DNA from: the human T2T-CHM13v2.0 reference genome, Homo sapiens
NCBI RefSeq assembly: GCF_009914755.1
Contig: NC_060948.1
DNA: 64,000 nt
Direction: 5' to 3' (one strand)
Positions 1-15,839 of this stretch are shown here, in pieces (position 1 is the first letter of the stretch; every line of letters starts with the position of its first letter). The notes below the pieces were generated by a model that was not told the DNA's origin, did not search any database, and saw nothing but the letters and a program-made list of their open reading frames with translations. Made by a program: the position numbers and the translations under genes.

Positions 1-1030
1 TTTTACATAGAATATGCCGGTTACATACAATATATACTATGTTACGTATAATGTATAATTTATTACATGTAAAATAAAGAATTCAATATATTATGTAAAA
101 TTTATAATATACCATATGTGGAATGTGATATATATAACATTTAATATATGATATATGATGTACAGTATATGATATATAACATACAATATATGATTCCTAA
201 TATATATGGTATACAATATATATTTTATGATATGTATTCTATATGTTTTATATTCTGTTATATATAACTATTTGAAATTATATATAACTGTATAATATTT
301 TATGTAAATATGTAATATAATATATATAACTATATAATATATTATATATAACTATATATTATGTTATATATACTTTTATAACATAATTTACATAAAATAT
401 CATAATATAATATATATTATATTATTTCATATTACATAAAATATATTACATATCACCCAATATAACTAACATACATAATATTATAATATAGATTATATTA
501 TGTTATAATAAATATCATATATATCATATATCATATATTCTATAATATATATTACACATTATATAATATGTATGTTGTCTATTATGTGATATATATAACT
601 ATATATATAATTATATTTGTATACATATAACTAGATAAACATGTAATTCTACATATTTTCATTTATAATATGTAGAATTATATAATCATATATAATTATT
701 TATATTCTATAAAAAATTTTATCATTATATAAATTATAATATATAAAAATTATAATATGTACTACAAATATATATATTATATATCATATATGATATAGTA
801 CCTTTGTTATATATCATAATACATATAAATGTGTATTATGTTATCTATAATTATATAATTTCATATATAAGTTGTATAATATGTATCATATATTATATAT
901 GTTATGTAATATATATAGTATATATAAGATGACACAGGATAAATATTATATACTATGACATATAAAATATATGAGGTTATATGTTACATATAAGGCATAG
1001 CACATAACATGTAATATATATCATATATAA
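1..1030. repeat. AT-rich degenerate (TA)n-like domain, partial at window start
   Basis: Low-complexity TATA/TAAT/CATAT sequence, near-identical to 2421-3450. Confidence 0.9.
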
Positions 1031-1151
1031 TTTTTTTTTAGACAGAATCTTGTCCTGTTGCACAGGGTGGGGTACAATGGCGCCATCTTTGCTCACTGCA
1101 AATTCTGCCTCACGGGTCCAAGCGATTGTCCTCCCTCAGCCTCCCAGGTAG

Positions 1152-1181
1152 CTGGGACTACACCACACTGGGACTACACCA
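1152..1181. repeat. Direct repeat CTGGGACTACACCA x2 (period 16) inside the Alu right arm
   Basis: 1152-1165 and 1168-1181 are identical; the duplication is present in every complete unit. Confidence 0.9.
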
Positions 1182-1251
1182 GCTGCCACCATGCCTAGCT
1201 AATTATTTGGATTTTTAGTAGTGACAGCGTTTCACTGTATTGGCCAGGATG

Positions 1252-1322
1252 GTCTTGATCTCTTCACCTTGTGATCCCCTTGCCTTGGCCTCCAAATTTG
1301 CTGGGATTACAGGCCTGAGCCA
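1252..1322 (-). promoter_or_regulatory. Alu internal Pol III promoter remnants (A-box-like TGGCTCAGGCC; B-box GATCAAGAC)
   Basis: Minus strand 1322-1312 reads TGGCTCAGGCC (Alu consensus TGGCTCACGCC). Minus strand 1260-1252 reads GATCAAGAC, fitting GWTCRANNC. Activity is unknown. Confidence 0.4.
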
Positions 1323-1895
1323 AGATCCGTATTTTTTAAATGAAAAAAAATTTCAAAGGTACTCTGCTTGGTACAATAATCAAATGTATAAACTGAGGAA
1401 TAAAACATAACCATGAAACCTACTTATAACTGCATATGGAAAATACAGAGGATAATTTTTTAAATAACATATTTTGAAAGCCTTAACTAGTAATTTGAAG
1501 AGTTGGCATTTGAAAGGCCAGTATGAATATACCTTCAAAGCAGCAACACAGGTTCCCCATGAGAAAAAGCAAACACAGGGAAAATAAAAACACAAAGGTT
1601 CAATCTCTTCTGACCTTTGAAAGACACAGCACAGACAGTGGTCCTTAGGACGAAGAGCAGGAGACCCCTAATTCCGTCACCATGGCGATAGGGCATAAAC
1701 ATTGCTGGGTGAGGGCACAATCCACATTGTGAGGTCCAACTGCTGCCAGGAAGACAGGAGTGCTTTTACATAGACCGAAAGGTCATTGAAGGCTCAGAGT
1801 TTTGTTTCAAGAACTGAATCCCAAGCCCACACGTTATTAGGCTGCGCTTCTTAAAACAAGTTATGAGATGGGAAAAAGGGCACCCACAAACATAC
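1323..1895. repeat. HSATI-like non-Alu segment of the unit (representative; recurs after every Alu)
   Basis: Higher-complexity ~570 bp block from AGATCC(A/G)TATTTTTTAAATG to GGGCACCCACAAACATACG, nearly invariant in all 26 copies. The HSATI label comes from known DYZ2 unit structure, not from an alignment I ran. Confidence 0.75.
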
Positions 1896-3450
1896 GTATA
1901 CATTATGTATATAATAATATACAGTATCATATATATAATATATATAACCTATGTATAATATTGTTTTACATCCTGCATCTAATGTTATATATATTGTATA
2001 AAATATAATAATTGATAATATATAAGTTTTATAATTATACAATATGACATATAGTATATATTATAATTTATGACATATATAATATATGTTATATGTCATA
2101 TATAGAATATATTATACGGTTAATATACGTATTAAATATAAATTATACATTATATATATTATATATAATATATCTGTTATATATAATACCCATTATGCAT
2201 AATATATATATTATGTCTATGTTATATATAGTATAAAACAACATATAATAATATATAATTGTATATATAAAATGCGACATATAATATATATTATATTTTA
2301 TAACATATGTAATATATATTATATATTATATATAATACGTTGTATGTATAATACCTATATTAAATATATATTATATGACTATGTTATTAATTACATGTCA
2401 CATGTGTTATATATTATATATTTTACATAGAATATACCGGTTACATACAATATATACTATGTTACCTATAATGTATAATTTATTACATGTAAAATAAAGA
2501 ATGCAATATATTATGTATAATTTATAATATACCATATGTGGAATGTGATATATATAACATATAATATATGATATATGATATACAGTATATGATATATAAC
2601 ATACAATATATGATTCCTAATATATATGGTATACAATATATATTTTATGATATGTATTCTATATGTTTTATATTCTGTTATATATAACTATTTGAAATTA
2701 TATATAACTGTATAATATTTTATGTAAATATGTAATATAATATATATAACTATATAATATATTATATATAACTATATATTATGTTATATATACTTTTATA
2801 ACATAATTTACATAAAATATCATAATATAATATATATTATATTATTTCATATTACATAATATATATTACATATCACCCAATAAAACTAACATACATAATA
2901 TTATAATATAGATTATATTGTGTTATATTAAATATCATATATATCATGTATCATATATTCTATAATATATATTACACATTATATAATATGTATGTTGTCT
3001 ATTATGTGATATATATAACTATATATATAATTATATTTTTATACATATAACTAGATAAACATGTAATTCTACATATTTTCATTTATAATATGTATAATTA
3101 TATAATCATATATAATTATTTATATTCTATAAAAAATTTTATCATTATATAAATTATAATATATAAAAATTATAATATGTACTACAAATATATATATTAT
3201 ATATCATATATGATATAGTACCTTTGTTATATTTCATAATACATATAAATGTGTATTATGTTATCTATAATTATATAATTTCATATATAAGATGTATACT
3301 ATGTATCATATATTATATATGTTATGTAATATATATAGTATATATAAGATGACACAGGATAAATATTATATACTATGACATATAAAATATATGAGGTTAT
3401 ATGTTACATATAAGGCATAGCACAGAACATTTAATATATATCATATATAA
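1896..3450. repeat. AT-rich degenerate simple-sequence domain (~1.55 kb; representative)
   Basis: Overwhelmingly A/T, with interrupted TA runs. One CCGG (ACCGGT) seen per unit, at 2437. Confidence 0.9.
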
Positions 3451-3742
<292 letters not shown>

Positions 3743-5846
3743 AGATCCATATTTTTTAAATGAAAAAAAATTTCAAAGGTACTCTGCTTGGTACAATAAT
3801 CAAATGTATAAACTGAGGAATAAAACATAACCATGAAACCTACTTATAACTGCATATGGAAAATACAGAGGATAATTTTTTAAATAACATATTTTGAAAG
3901 CCTTAACTAGTAATTTGAAGAGTTGGCATTTGAAAGGCCAGTATGAATATACCTTCAAAGCAGCAACACAGGTTCCCCATGAGAAAAAGCAAACACAGGG
4001 AAAATAAAAACACAAAGGTTCAATCTCTTCTGACCTTTGAAAGACACATCAGAGACAGTGGTCCTTAGGACGAAGAGCAGGAGACCCCTAATTCCGTCAC
4101 CATGGCGATAGGGCATAAACATTGCTGGGTGAGGGCACAATCCACATTGTGAGGTCCAACTGCTGCCAGGAAGACAGGAGTGCTTTTACATAGACCGAAA
4201 GGTCATTGAAGGCTCAGAGTTTTGTTTCAAGAACTGAATCCCAAGCCCACACGTTATTAGGCTGCGCTTCTTAAAACAAGTTATGAGATGGGAAAAAGGG
4301 CACCCACAAACATACGTATACATTATGTATATAATAATATACAGTATCATATATATAATATATATAACCTATGTATAATATTGTTTTACATCCTGCATCT
4401 TATGTTATATATATTGTATAAAATATAATAATTGATAATATATAAGTTTTATAATTATACAATATGACATATAGTATATATTATAATTTATGACATATAT
4501 AATATATGTTATATGTCACATATAGAATATATTATACGGTTAATATACGTATTAAATATAAATTATACATTATATATATTATATATAATATATCTGTTAT
4601 ATATAATACCCATTATGCATAATATATATATTATGTCTATGTTATATATAGTATAAAACAACATATAATAATATATAATTGTATATATAAAATGCGACAT
4701 ATAATATATATTATATTTTATAACATATGTAATATATATTATATATTATATATAATACGTTGTATGTATAATATCTATATTAAATATATATTATATGACT
4801 ATGTTATTAATTACATGTCACATGTGTTATATATTATATATTTTACATAGAATATACCGGTTACATACAATATATACTATGTTACCTATAATGTATAATT
4901 TATTACATGTAAATTAAAGAATGCAATATATTATGTAAAATTTATAATATACCATATGTGGAATGTGATATATATAACATATAATATATGATATATGATG
5001 TACAGTATATGATATATAACATACAATATATGATTCCTAATATATATGGTATACAATATATATTTTATGATATGTATTCTATATGTTTTATATTCTGTTA
5101 TATATAACTATTTGAAATTATATATAACTGTATAATATTTTATGTAAATATGTAATATAATATATATAACTATATAATATATTATATATAACTATATATT
5201 ATGTTATATATACTTTTATAACATAATTTACATAAAATATCATAATATAATATATATTATATTATTTCATATTACATAAAATATATTACATATCACCCAA
5301 TATAACTAACATACATAATATTATAATATAGATTATATTATGTTATAATAAATATCATATATATCATATATCATATATTCTATAATATATATTACACATT
5401 ATATAATATGTATGTTGTCTATTATGTGATATATATAACTATATATATAATTATATTTGTATACATATAACTAGATAAACATGTAATTCTACATATTTTC
5501 ATTTATAATATGTAGAATTATATAATCATATATAATTATTTATATTCTAAAAAAATTTTATCATTATATAAATTATTATATATAAAAACTATAATATGTA
5601 CTACAAATATATATATTATATATCATATATGCTATAGTACCTTTGTTATATATCATAATACATATAAATGTGTATTATGTTATCTATAATTATATAATTT
5701 CATATATAAGTTGTATAATATGTATCATATATTATATATGTTATGTAATATATATAGTATATATAAGATGACACAGGATAAATATTATATACTATGACAT
5801 ATAAAATATATGAGGTTATATGTTACATATAAGGCATAGCACATAA

Positions 5847-6161
<315 letters not shown>

Positions 6162-8289
6162 AGATCCATATTTTTTAAATGAAAAAAAATTTCAAAGGTA
6201 CTCTGCTTGGTACAATAATCAAATGTATAAACTGAGGAATAAAACATAACCATGAAACCTACTTATAACTGCATATGGAAAATACAGAGGATAATTTTTT
6301 AAATAACATATTTTGAAAGCCTTAACTAGTAATTTGAAGAGTTGGCATTTGAAAGGCCAGTATGAATATACCTTCAAAGCAGCAACACAGGTTCCCCATG
6401 AGAAAAAGCAAACACAGGGAAAATAAAAACACAAAGGTTCAATCTCTTCTGACCTTTGAAAGACACAGCACAGACAGTGGTCCTTAGGACGAAGAGCAGG
6501 AGACCCCTAATTCCGTCACCATGGCGATAGGGCATAAACATTGCTGGGTGAGGGCACAATCCACATTGTGAGGTCCAACTGCTGCCAGGAAGACAGGAGT
6601 GCTTTTACATAGACCGAAAGGTCATTGAAGGCTCAGAGTTTTCTTTCAAGAACTGAATCCCAAGCCCACACGTTATTAGGCTGCGCTTCTTAAAACAAGT
6701 TATGAGATGGGAAAAAGGGCACCCACAAACATACGTATACATTATGTATATAATAATATACAGTATCATATATATAATATATATAACCTATGTATAATAT
6801 TGTTTTACATCCTGCATCTTATGTTATATATATTGTATAAAATATAATAATTGATAATATATAAGTTTTATAATTATACAATATGACATATAGTATATAT
6901 TATAATTTATGAAATATATAATATATGTTATATGTCATATATAGAATATATTATACGGTTAATATACGTATTAAATATAAATTATACATTATATATATTA
7001 TATATAATATATCTGTTATATATAATACCCATTATGCATAATATATATATTATGTCTATGTTATATATAGTATAAAACAACATATAATAATATATAATTG
7101 TATATATAAAATGCGACATATAATATATATTATATTTTATAACATATGTAATATATATTATATATTATATATAATACGTTGTATGTATAATACCTATATT
7201 AAATATATATTATATGACTATGTTATTAATTACATGTCACATGTGTTATATATTATATATTTTACATAGAATATACCGGTTACATACAATATATACTATG
7301 TTACCTATAATGTATAATTTATTACATGTAAAATAAAGAATGCAATATATTATGTATAATTTATAATATACCATATGTGGAATGTGATATATATAACATA
7401 TAATATATGATATATGATATACAGTATATGATATATAACATACAATATATGATTCCTAATATATATGGTATACAATATATATTTTATGATATGTATTCTA
7501 TATGTTTTATATTCTGTTATATATAACTATTTGAAATTATATATAACTGTATAATATTTTATGTAAATATGTAATATAATATATATAACTATATAATATA
7601 TTATATATAACTATATATTATGTTATATATACTTTTATAACATAATTTACATAAAATATCATAATATAATATATATTATAATATTTCATATTACATAATA
7701 TATATTACATATCACCCAATATAACTAACATACATAATATTATAATATAGATTATATTGTGTTATATTAAATATCATATATATCATGTATCATATATTCT
7801 ATAATATATATTACACATTATATAATATGTATGTTGTATATTATGTGATATATATAACTATATATATAATTATATTTTTATACATATAACTAGATAAACA
7901 TGTAATTCTACATATTTTCATTTATAATATGTAGAATTATATAATCATATATAATTATTTATATTCTATAAAAAATTTTATCATTATATAAATTATAATA
8001 TATAAAAATTATAATATGTACTACAAATATATATATTATATATCATATATGATATAGTACCTTTGTTATATTTCATAATACATATAAATGTGTATTATGT
8101 TATCTATAATTATATAATTTCATATATAAGATGTATAATATGTATCATATATTATATATGTTATGTAATATATATAGTATATATAAGATGACACAGGATA
8201 AATATTATATACTATGACATATAAAATATATGAGGTTATATGTTACATATAAGGCATAGCACATAACATTTAATATATATCATATATAA

Positions 8290-8581
<292 letters not shown>

Positions 8582-10708
8582 AGATCCATATTTTTTAAAT
8601 GAAAAAAAATTTCAAAGGTACTCTGCTTGGTACAATAATCAAATGTATAAACTGAGGAATAAAACATAACCATGAAACCTACTTATAACTGCATATGGAA
8701 AATACAGAGGATAATTTTTTAAATAACATATTTTGAAAGCCTTAACTAGTAATTTGAAGAGTTGGCATTTGAAAGGCCAGTATGAATATACCTTCAAAGC
8801 AGCAACACAGGTTCCCCATGAGAAAAAGCAAACACAGGGAAAATAAAAACACAAAGGTTCAATCTCTTCTGACCTTTGAAAGACACAGCACAGACAGTGG
8901 TCCTTAGGACGAAGAGCAGGAGACCCCTAATTCCGTCACCATGGCGATAGGGCATAAACATTGCTGGGTGAGGGCACAATCCACATTGTGAGGTCCAACT
9001 GCTGCCAGGAAGACAGGAGTGCTTTTACATAGACCGAAAGGTCATTGAAGGCTCAGAGTTTTCTTTTAAGAACTGAATCCCAAGCCCACACGTTATTAGG
9101 CTGCGCTTCTTAAAACAAGTTATGAGATGGGAAAAAGGGCACCCACAAACATACGTATACATTATGTATATAATAATATACAGTATCATATATATAATAT
9201 ATATAACCTATGTATAATATTGTTTTACATCCTGCATCTTATGTTATATATATTGTATAAAATATAATGATTGATAATATATAAGTTTATATTTATACAA
9301 TATGACTTATAGTATATATTATAATTTATGACATATATAATATATGTTATATGTCATATATAGAATATATTATACGGTTAATATACGTATTAAATATAAA
9401 TTATACATTATATATATTATATATAATATATCTGTTATATATAATACCCATTATGCATAATATATATATTATGTCTATGTTATATATAGTATAAAACAAC
9501 ATATAATAATATATAATTGTATATATAAAATGCGACATATAATATATATTATATTTTATAACATATGTAATATATATTATATATTATATATAATACGTTG
9601 TATGTATAATACCTATATTAAATATATATTATATGACTATGTTATTAATTACATGTCACATGTGTTATATATTATATATTTTACATAGAATATACCGGTT
9701 ACATACAATATATACTATGTTACCTATAATGTATAATTTATTACATGTAAAATAAAGAATGCAATATATTATGTATAATTTATAATATACCATATGTGGA
9801 ATGTGATATAAATAACATATAATATATGATATATGATATACAGTATATGATATATAACATACAATATATGATTCGTAATATATATGGTATACAATATATA
9901 TTTTATGATATGTATTCTATATGTTTTATATTCTGTTATATATAACTACTTGAAATTATATATAACTGTATAATATTTTATGTAAATATGTAATATAATA
10001 TATATAACTATATAATATATTATATATAACTATATATTATGTTATATATACTTTTATAACATAATTTACATAAAATATCATAATATAATATATATTATAT
10101 TATTTCATATTACATAATATATATTACATATCACCCAATATAACTAACATACATAATATTATAATATAGATTATATTGTGTTATATTAAATATCATATAT
10201 ATCATGTATCATATATTCTATAATATATATTACACATTATATAATATATATGTTGTCTATTATGTGATATATATAACTATATATATAATTATATTTTTAT
10301 ACATATAACTAGATAAACATGTAATTCTACATATTTTCATTTATAATATGTAGAATTATATAATCATATATAATTATTTATATTCTATAAAAAATTTTAT
10401 CATTATATAAATTATAATATATAAAAATTATAATATGTACTACAAATATATATATTATATATCATATATGATATAGTACCTTTGTTATATTTCATAATAC
10501 ATATAAATGTGTATTATGTTATCTATAATTATATAATTTCATATATAAGATGTATAATATGTATCATATATTATATATGTTATGTAATATATATAGTATA
10601 TATAAGATGACACAGGATAAATATTATATACTATGACATATAAAATATATGAGGTTATATGTTACATATAAGGCATAGCACATAACATGTAATATATATC
10701 ATATATAA

Positions 10709-11000
10709 TTTTTTTTTAGACAGAATCTCGTCCTGTTGCACAGGGTGGGGTACAATGGCGCCATCTTTGCTCACTGCAACTTCTGCCTCACGGGTCCAAG
10801 CGATTGTCCTCCCTCAGCCTCCCAGGTAGCTGGGACTACACCACACTGGGACTACACCAGCTGCCACCATGCCTAGCTAATTATTTGGATTTTTAGTAGT
10901 GACAGCGTTTCACTGTATTGGCCAGGATGGTCTTGATCTCTTCACCTTGTGATCCCCTTGCCTTGGCCTCCAAATTTGCTGGGATTACAGGCCTGAGCCA
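10709..11000 (-). mobile_element. Alu, unit 5
   Basis: Copy of unit-1 Alu. Confidence 0.93.
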
Positions 11001-13104
11001 AGATCCATATTTTTTAAATGAAAAAAAATTTCAAAGGTACTCTGCTTGGTACAATAATCAAATGTATAAACTGAGGAATAAAACATAACCATGAAACCTA
11101 CTTATAACTGCATATGGAAAATACAGAGGATAATTTTTTAAATAACATATTTTGAAAGCCTTAACTAGTAATTTGAAGAGCTGGCATTTGAAAGGCCAGT
11201 ATGAATATACCTTCAAAGCAGCAACACAGGTTCCCCATGAGAAAAAGCAAACACAGGGAAAATAAAAACACAAAGGTTCAATCTCTTCTGACCTTTGAAA
11301 GACACAGCACAGACAGTGGTCCTTAGGACGAAGAGCAGGAGACCCCTAATTCCGTCACCATGGCGATAGGGCATAAACATTGCTGGGTGAGGGCACAATC
11401 CACATTGTGAGGTCCAACTGCTGCCAGGAAGACAGGAGTGCTTTTACATAGACCGAAAGGTCATTGAAGGCTCAGAGTTTTGTTTCAAGAACTGAATCCC
11501 AAGCCCACACGTTATTAGGCTGCGCTTCTTAAAACAAGTTATGAGATGGGAAAAAGGGCACCCACAAACATACGTATACATTATGTATATAATAATATAC
11601 AGTATCATATATATAATATATATAACCTATGTATAATATTGTTTTACATCCTGCATCTTATGTTATATATATTGTATAAAATATAATAATTGATAATATA
11701 TAAGTTTATATTTATACAATATGACATATAGTATATATTATAATTTATGACATATATAATATATGTTATATGTCATATATAGAATATATTATACGGTTAA
11801 TATACGTATTAAATATAAATTATACATTATATATATTATATATAATATATCTGTTATATATAATACCCATTATGCATAATATATATATTATGTCTATGTT
11901 ATATATAGTATAAAACAACATATAATAATATATAATTGTATATATAAAATGCGACATATAATATATATTATATTTTATAACATATGTAATATATATTATA
12001 TATTATATATAATACGTTGTATGTATAATACCTATATTAAATATATATTATATGACTATGTTATTAATTACATGTCACATGTGTTATATATTATATATTT
12101 TACATAGAATATACCGGTTACATACAATATATACTATGTTACCTATAATGTATAATTTATTACATGTAAAATAAACAATGCAATATATTATGTATAATTT
12201 ATAATATACAATATGTGGAATGTGATATATATAACATATAATATATGATATATGATATACAGTATATGATATATAACATACAATATATGATTCCTAATAT
12301 ATATGGTATACAATATATATTTTATGATATGTATTCTATATGTTTTATATTCTGTTATATATAACTATTTGAAATTATATATAACTGTATAATATTTTAT
12401 GTAAATATGTAATATAATATATATAAATATATAATATATTATATATAACTATATATTATGTTATATATACTTTTATAACATAATTTACATAAAATATCCT
12501 AATATAATATATATTATATTATTTCATATTACATAATATATAATACATATCACCCAATATAACTAACATACATAATATTATAATATAGATTATATTATGT
12601 TATATTAAATATCATATATATCATGTATCATATATTCTATAATATATATTACACATTATATAATATATATGTTGTCTATTATGTGATATATATAACTATA
12701 TATATAATTATATTTTTATACATATAACTAGATAAACATGTAATTCTACATATTTTCATTTATAATATGTAGAATTATATAATCATATATAATTATTTAT
12801 ATTCTATAAAAAATTTTATCATTATATAAATTATAATATATAAAAATTATAATATGTACTACAAATATATATATTATATATCATATATGCTATAGTACCT
12901 TTGTTATATATCATAATACATATAAATGTGTATTATGTTATCTATAATTATATAATTTCATATATAAGTTGTATAATATGTATCATATATTATATATGTT
13001 ATGTAATATATATAGTATATATAAGATGACACAGGATAAATATTATATACTATGACATATAAAATATATGAGGTTATATGTTACATATAAGGCATAGCAC
13101 ATAA

Positions 13105-13419
<315 letters not shown>

Positions 13420-15547
13420 AGATCCATATTTTTTAAATGAAAAAAAATTTCAAAGGTACTCTGCTTGGTACAATAATCAAATGTATAAACTGAGGAATAA
13501 AACATAACCATGAAACCTACTTATAACTGCATATGGAAAATACAGAGGATAATTTTTTAAATAACATATTTTGAAAGCCTTAACTAGTAATTTGAAGAGT
13601 TGGCATTTGAAAGGCCAGTATGAATATGCCTTCAAAGCAGCAACACAGGTTCCCCATGAGAAAAAGCAAACACAGGGAAAATAAAAACACAAAGGTTCAA
13701 TCTCTTCTGACCTTTGAAAGACACAGCACAGACAGTGGTCCTTAGGACGAAGAGCAGGAGACCCCTAATTCCGTCACCATGGCGATAGGGCATAAACATT
13801 GCTGGGTGAGGGCACAATCCACATTGTGAGGTCCAACTGCTGCCAGGAAGACAGGAGTGCTTTTACATAGACCGAAAGGTCATTGAAGGCTCAGAGTTTT
13901 GTTTCAAGAACTGAATCCCAAGCCCACACGATATTAGGCTGCGCTTCTTAAAACAAGTTATGAGATGGGAAAAAGGGCACCCACAAACATACGTATACAT
14001 TATGTATATAATAATATACAGTATCATATATATAATATATATAACCTATGTATAATATTGTTTTACATCCTGCATCTTATGTTATATATATTGTATAAAA
14101 TATAATAATTGATAATATATAAGTTTTATATTTATACAATATGACATATAGTATATATTATAATTTATGACATATATAATATATGTTATATATCATATAT
14201 AGAATATATTATATGTTTAATATACGTATTAAATATAAATTATACATTATATATATTATATATAATATATCTGTTATATATAATACCCATTATGCATAAT
14301 ATATATATTATGTCTATGTTATATATAGTATAAAACAACATATAATAATATATAATTGTATATATAAAATGCGACATATAATATATATTATATTTTATAA
14401 CATATGTAATATATATTATATATTATATATAATACGTTGTATGTATAATACCTATATTAAATATATATTATATGACTATGTTATTAATTACATGTCACAT
14501 GTGTTATATATTATATATTTTACATAGAATATACCGGTTACATACAATATATACTATGTTACCTATAATGTATAATTTCTTACATGTAAAATAAAGAATG
14601 CAATATATTATGTATAATTTATAATATACAATATGTGGAATGTGATATATATAACATATAATATATGATATATGATATACAGTATATGATATATAACATA
14701 CAATATATGATTGCTAATATATATGGTATACAATATATATTTTATGACATGTATTCTATATGTTTTATATTCTGTTATATATAACTATTTGAAATTATAT
14801 ATAACTGTATAATATTTTATGTAAATATGTAATATAATATATATAACTATATAATATATTATATATAACTATATATTATGTTATATATACTTTTATAACA
14901 TAATTTGCGTAAAATATCATAATATAATATATATTATATTATTTCATATTACATAATATATATTACATATCACCCAATATAACTAACATACATAATATTA
15001 TAATATAGATTATATTATGTTATATTAAATATCATATATATCATGTATCATATATTCTATAATATATATTACACATTATATAATATGTATGTTGTCTATT
15101 ATGTGATATATATAACTCTATATATAATTATATTATTATACATATAACTAGATAAACATGTAATTCTACATATTTTCATTTATAATATGAAGAATTATAT
15201 AATCATATATAATTATTTATATTCTATAAAAAATTTTATGATTATATAAATTATAATATATAAAAATTATAATATGTACTACAAATATATATATTATATA
15301 TCATATCTGATATAGTACCTTTGTTATATATCATAATACATATAAATGTGTATTATGTTATCTATAATTATATAATTTCATATATAAGATGTATAATATG
15401 TATCATATATTATATATGTTATGTAATATATACAGTATATATAAGATGACACAGGATAAATATTATATACTATGACATATAAAATATATCAGGTTATATG
15501 TTACATATAAGGCATAGCACATAACATGTAATATATATCATATATAA

Positions 15548-15839
15548 TTTTTTTTTAGACAGAATCTTGTCCTGTTGCACAGGGTGGGGTACAATGGCAC
15601 CATCTTTGCTCACTGAAACTTCTGCCTCACGGGTCCAAGCGATTGTCCTCCCTCAGCCTCCCAGGTAGCTGGGACTACACCACACTGGGACTACACCAGC
15701 TGCCACCATGCCTAGCTAATTTTTTGGATTTTTATTAGTGACAGCGTTTCACTGTATTGGCCAGGATGGTCTTGATCTCTTCACCTTGTGATCCCCTTGC
15801 CTTGGCCTCCAAATTTGCTGGGATTACAGGCCTGAGCCA
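15548..15839 (-). mobile_element. Alu, unit 7 (several private variants)
   Basis: Copy of unit-1 Alu. Confidence 0.93.

Larger units (their letters stand above)
1031..1322 (-). mobile_element. Alu SINE (unit 1), 5'-truncated by ~12 nt, short A9 tail, 16-bp internal duplication
   Basis: Antisense Alu motifs: T9 tail, GCTCACTGCAA, CTCAGCCTCCCAGGTAGCTGGGACTACA, GCTAATT...ATTTTTAGTAG linker, GGCCAGGATGGTCTTGATCTC, GCTGGGATTACAGGCCTGAGCCA. Confidence 0.95.
1031..3450. repeat. Representative complete monomer (2420 bp): Alu + HSATI-like segment + AT-rich domain
   Basis: T9-AGACAGAATC starts at 1031 and again at 3451. Confidence 0.93.

Noticed and set aside
1-1030. Mitochondrial control region or Plasmodium-like AT-rich DNA
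   Set aside because: The embedded Alu and 2.42-kb periodicity identify a human satellite.
1020-1345. Target-site duplication around the Alu
   Set aside because: No convincing direct repeat flanks the element; similarities are limited to low-complexity A/T.
1380-1720. Overlapping 71-aa and 61-aa minus-strand ORFs repeated in every unit
   Set aside because: Short, with no recognisable domain and composition dictated by A-rich DNA. Their conservation merely reflects the near-identity of the repeat units.
1851-2042. 63-aa Tyr/Ile-rich ORF present in 10 units
   Set aside because: It is a translation of TA-rich sequence, toggled by one SNP (TCTAAT versus TCTTAT). Useful only as a haplotype marker.
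2391-2408. ACATGT-C-ACATGT resembling a p53 element or hairpin
   Set aside because: Flanks and spacing do not fit two RRRCWWGYYY half-sites, and the second core is altered in most central units.
1896-3450. Numerous TATA boxes and AATAAA signals
   Set aside because: Expected by chance at this AT content, with no associated gene structure.
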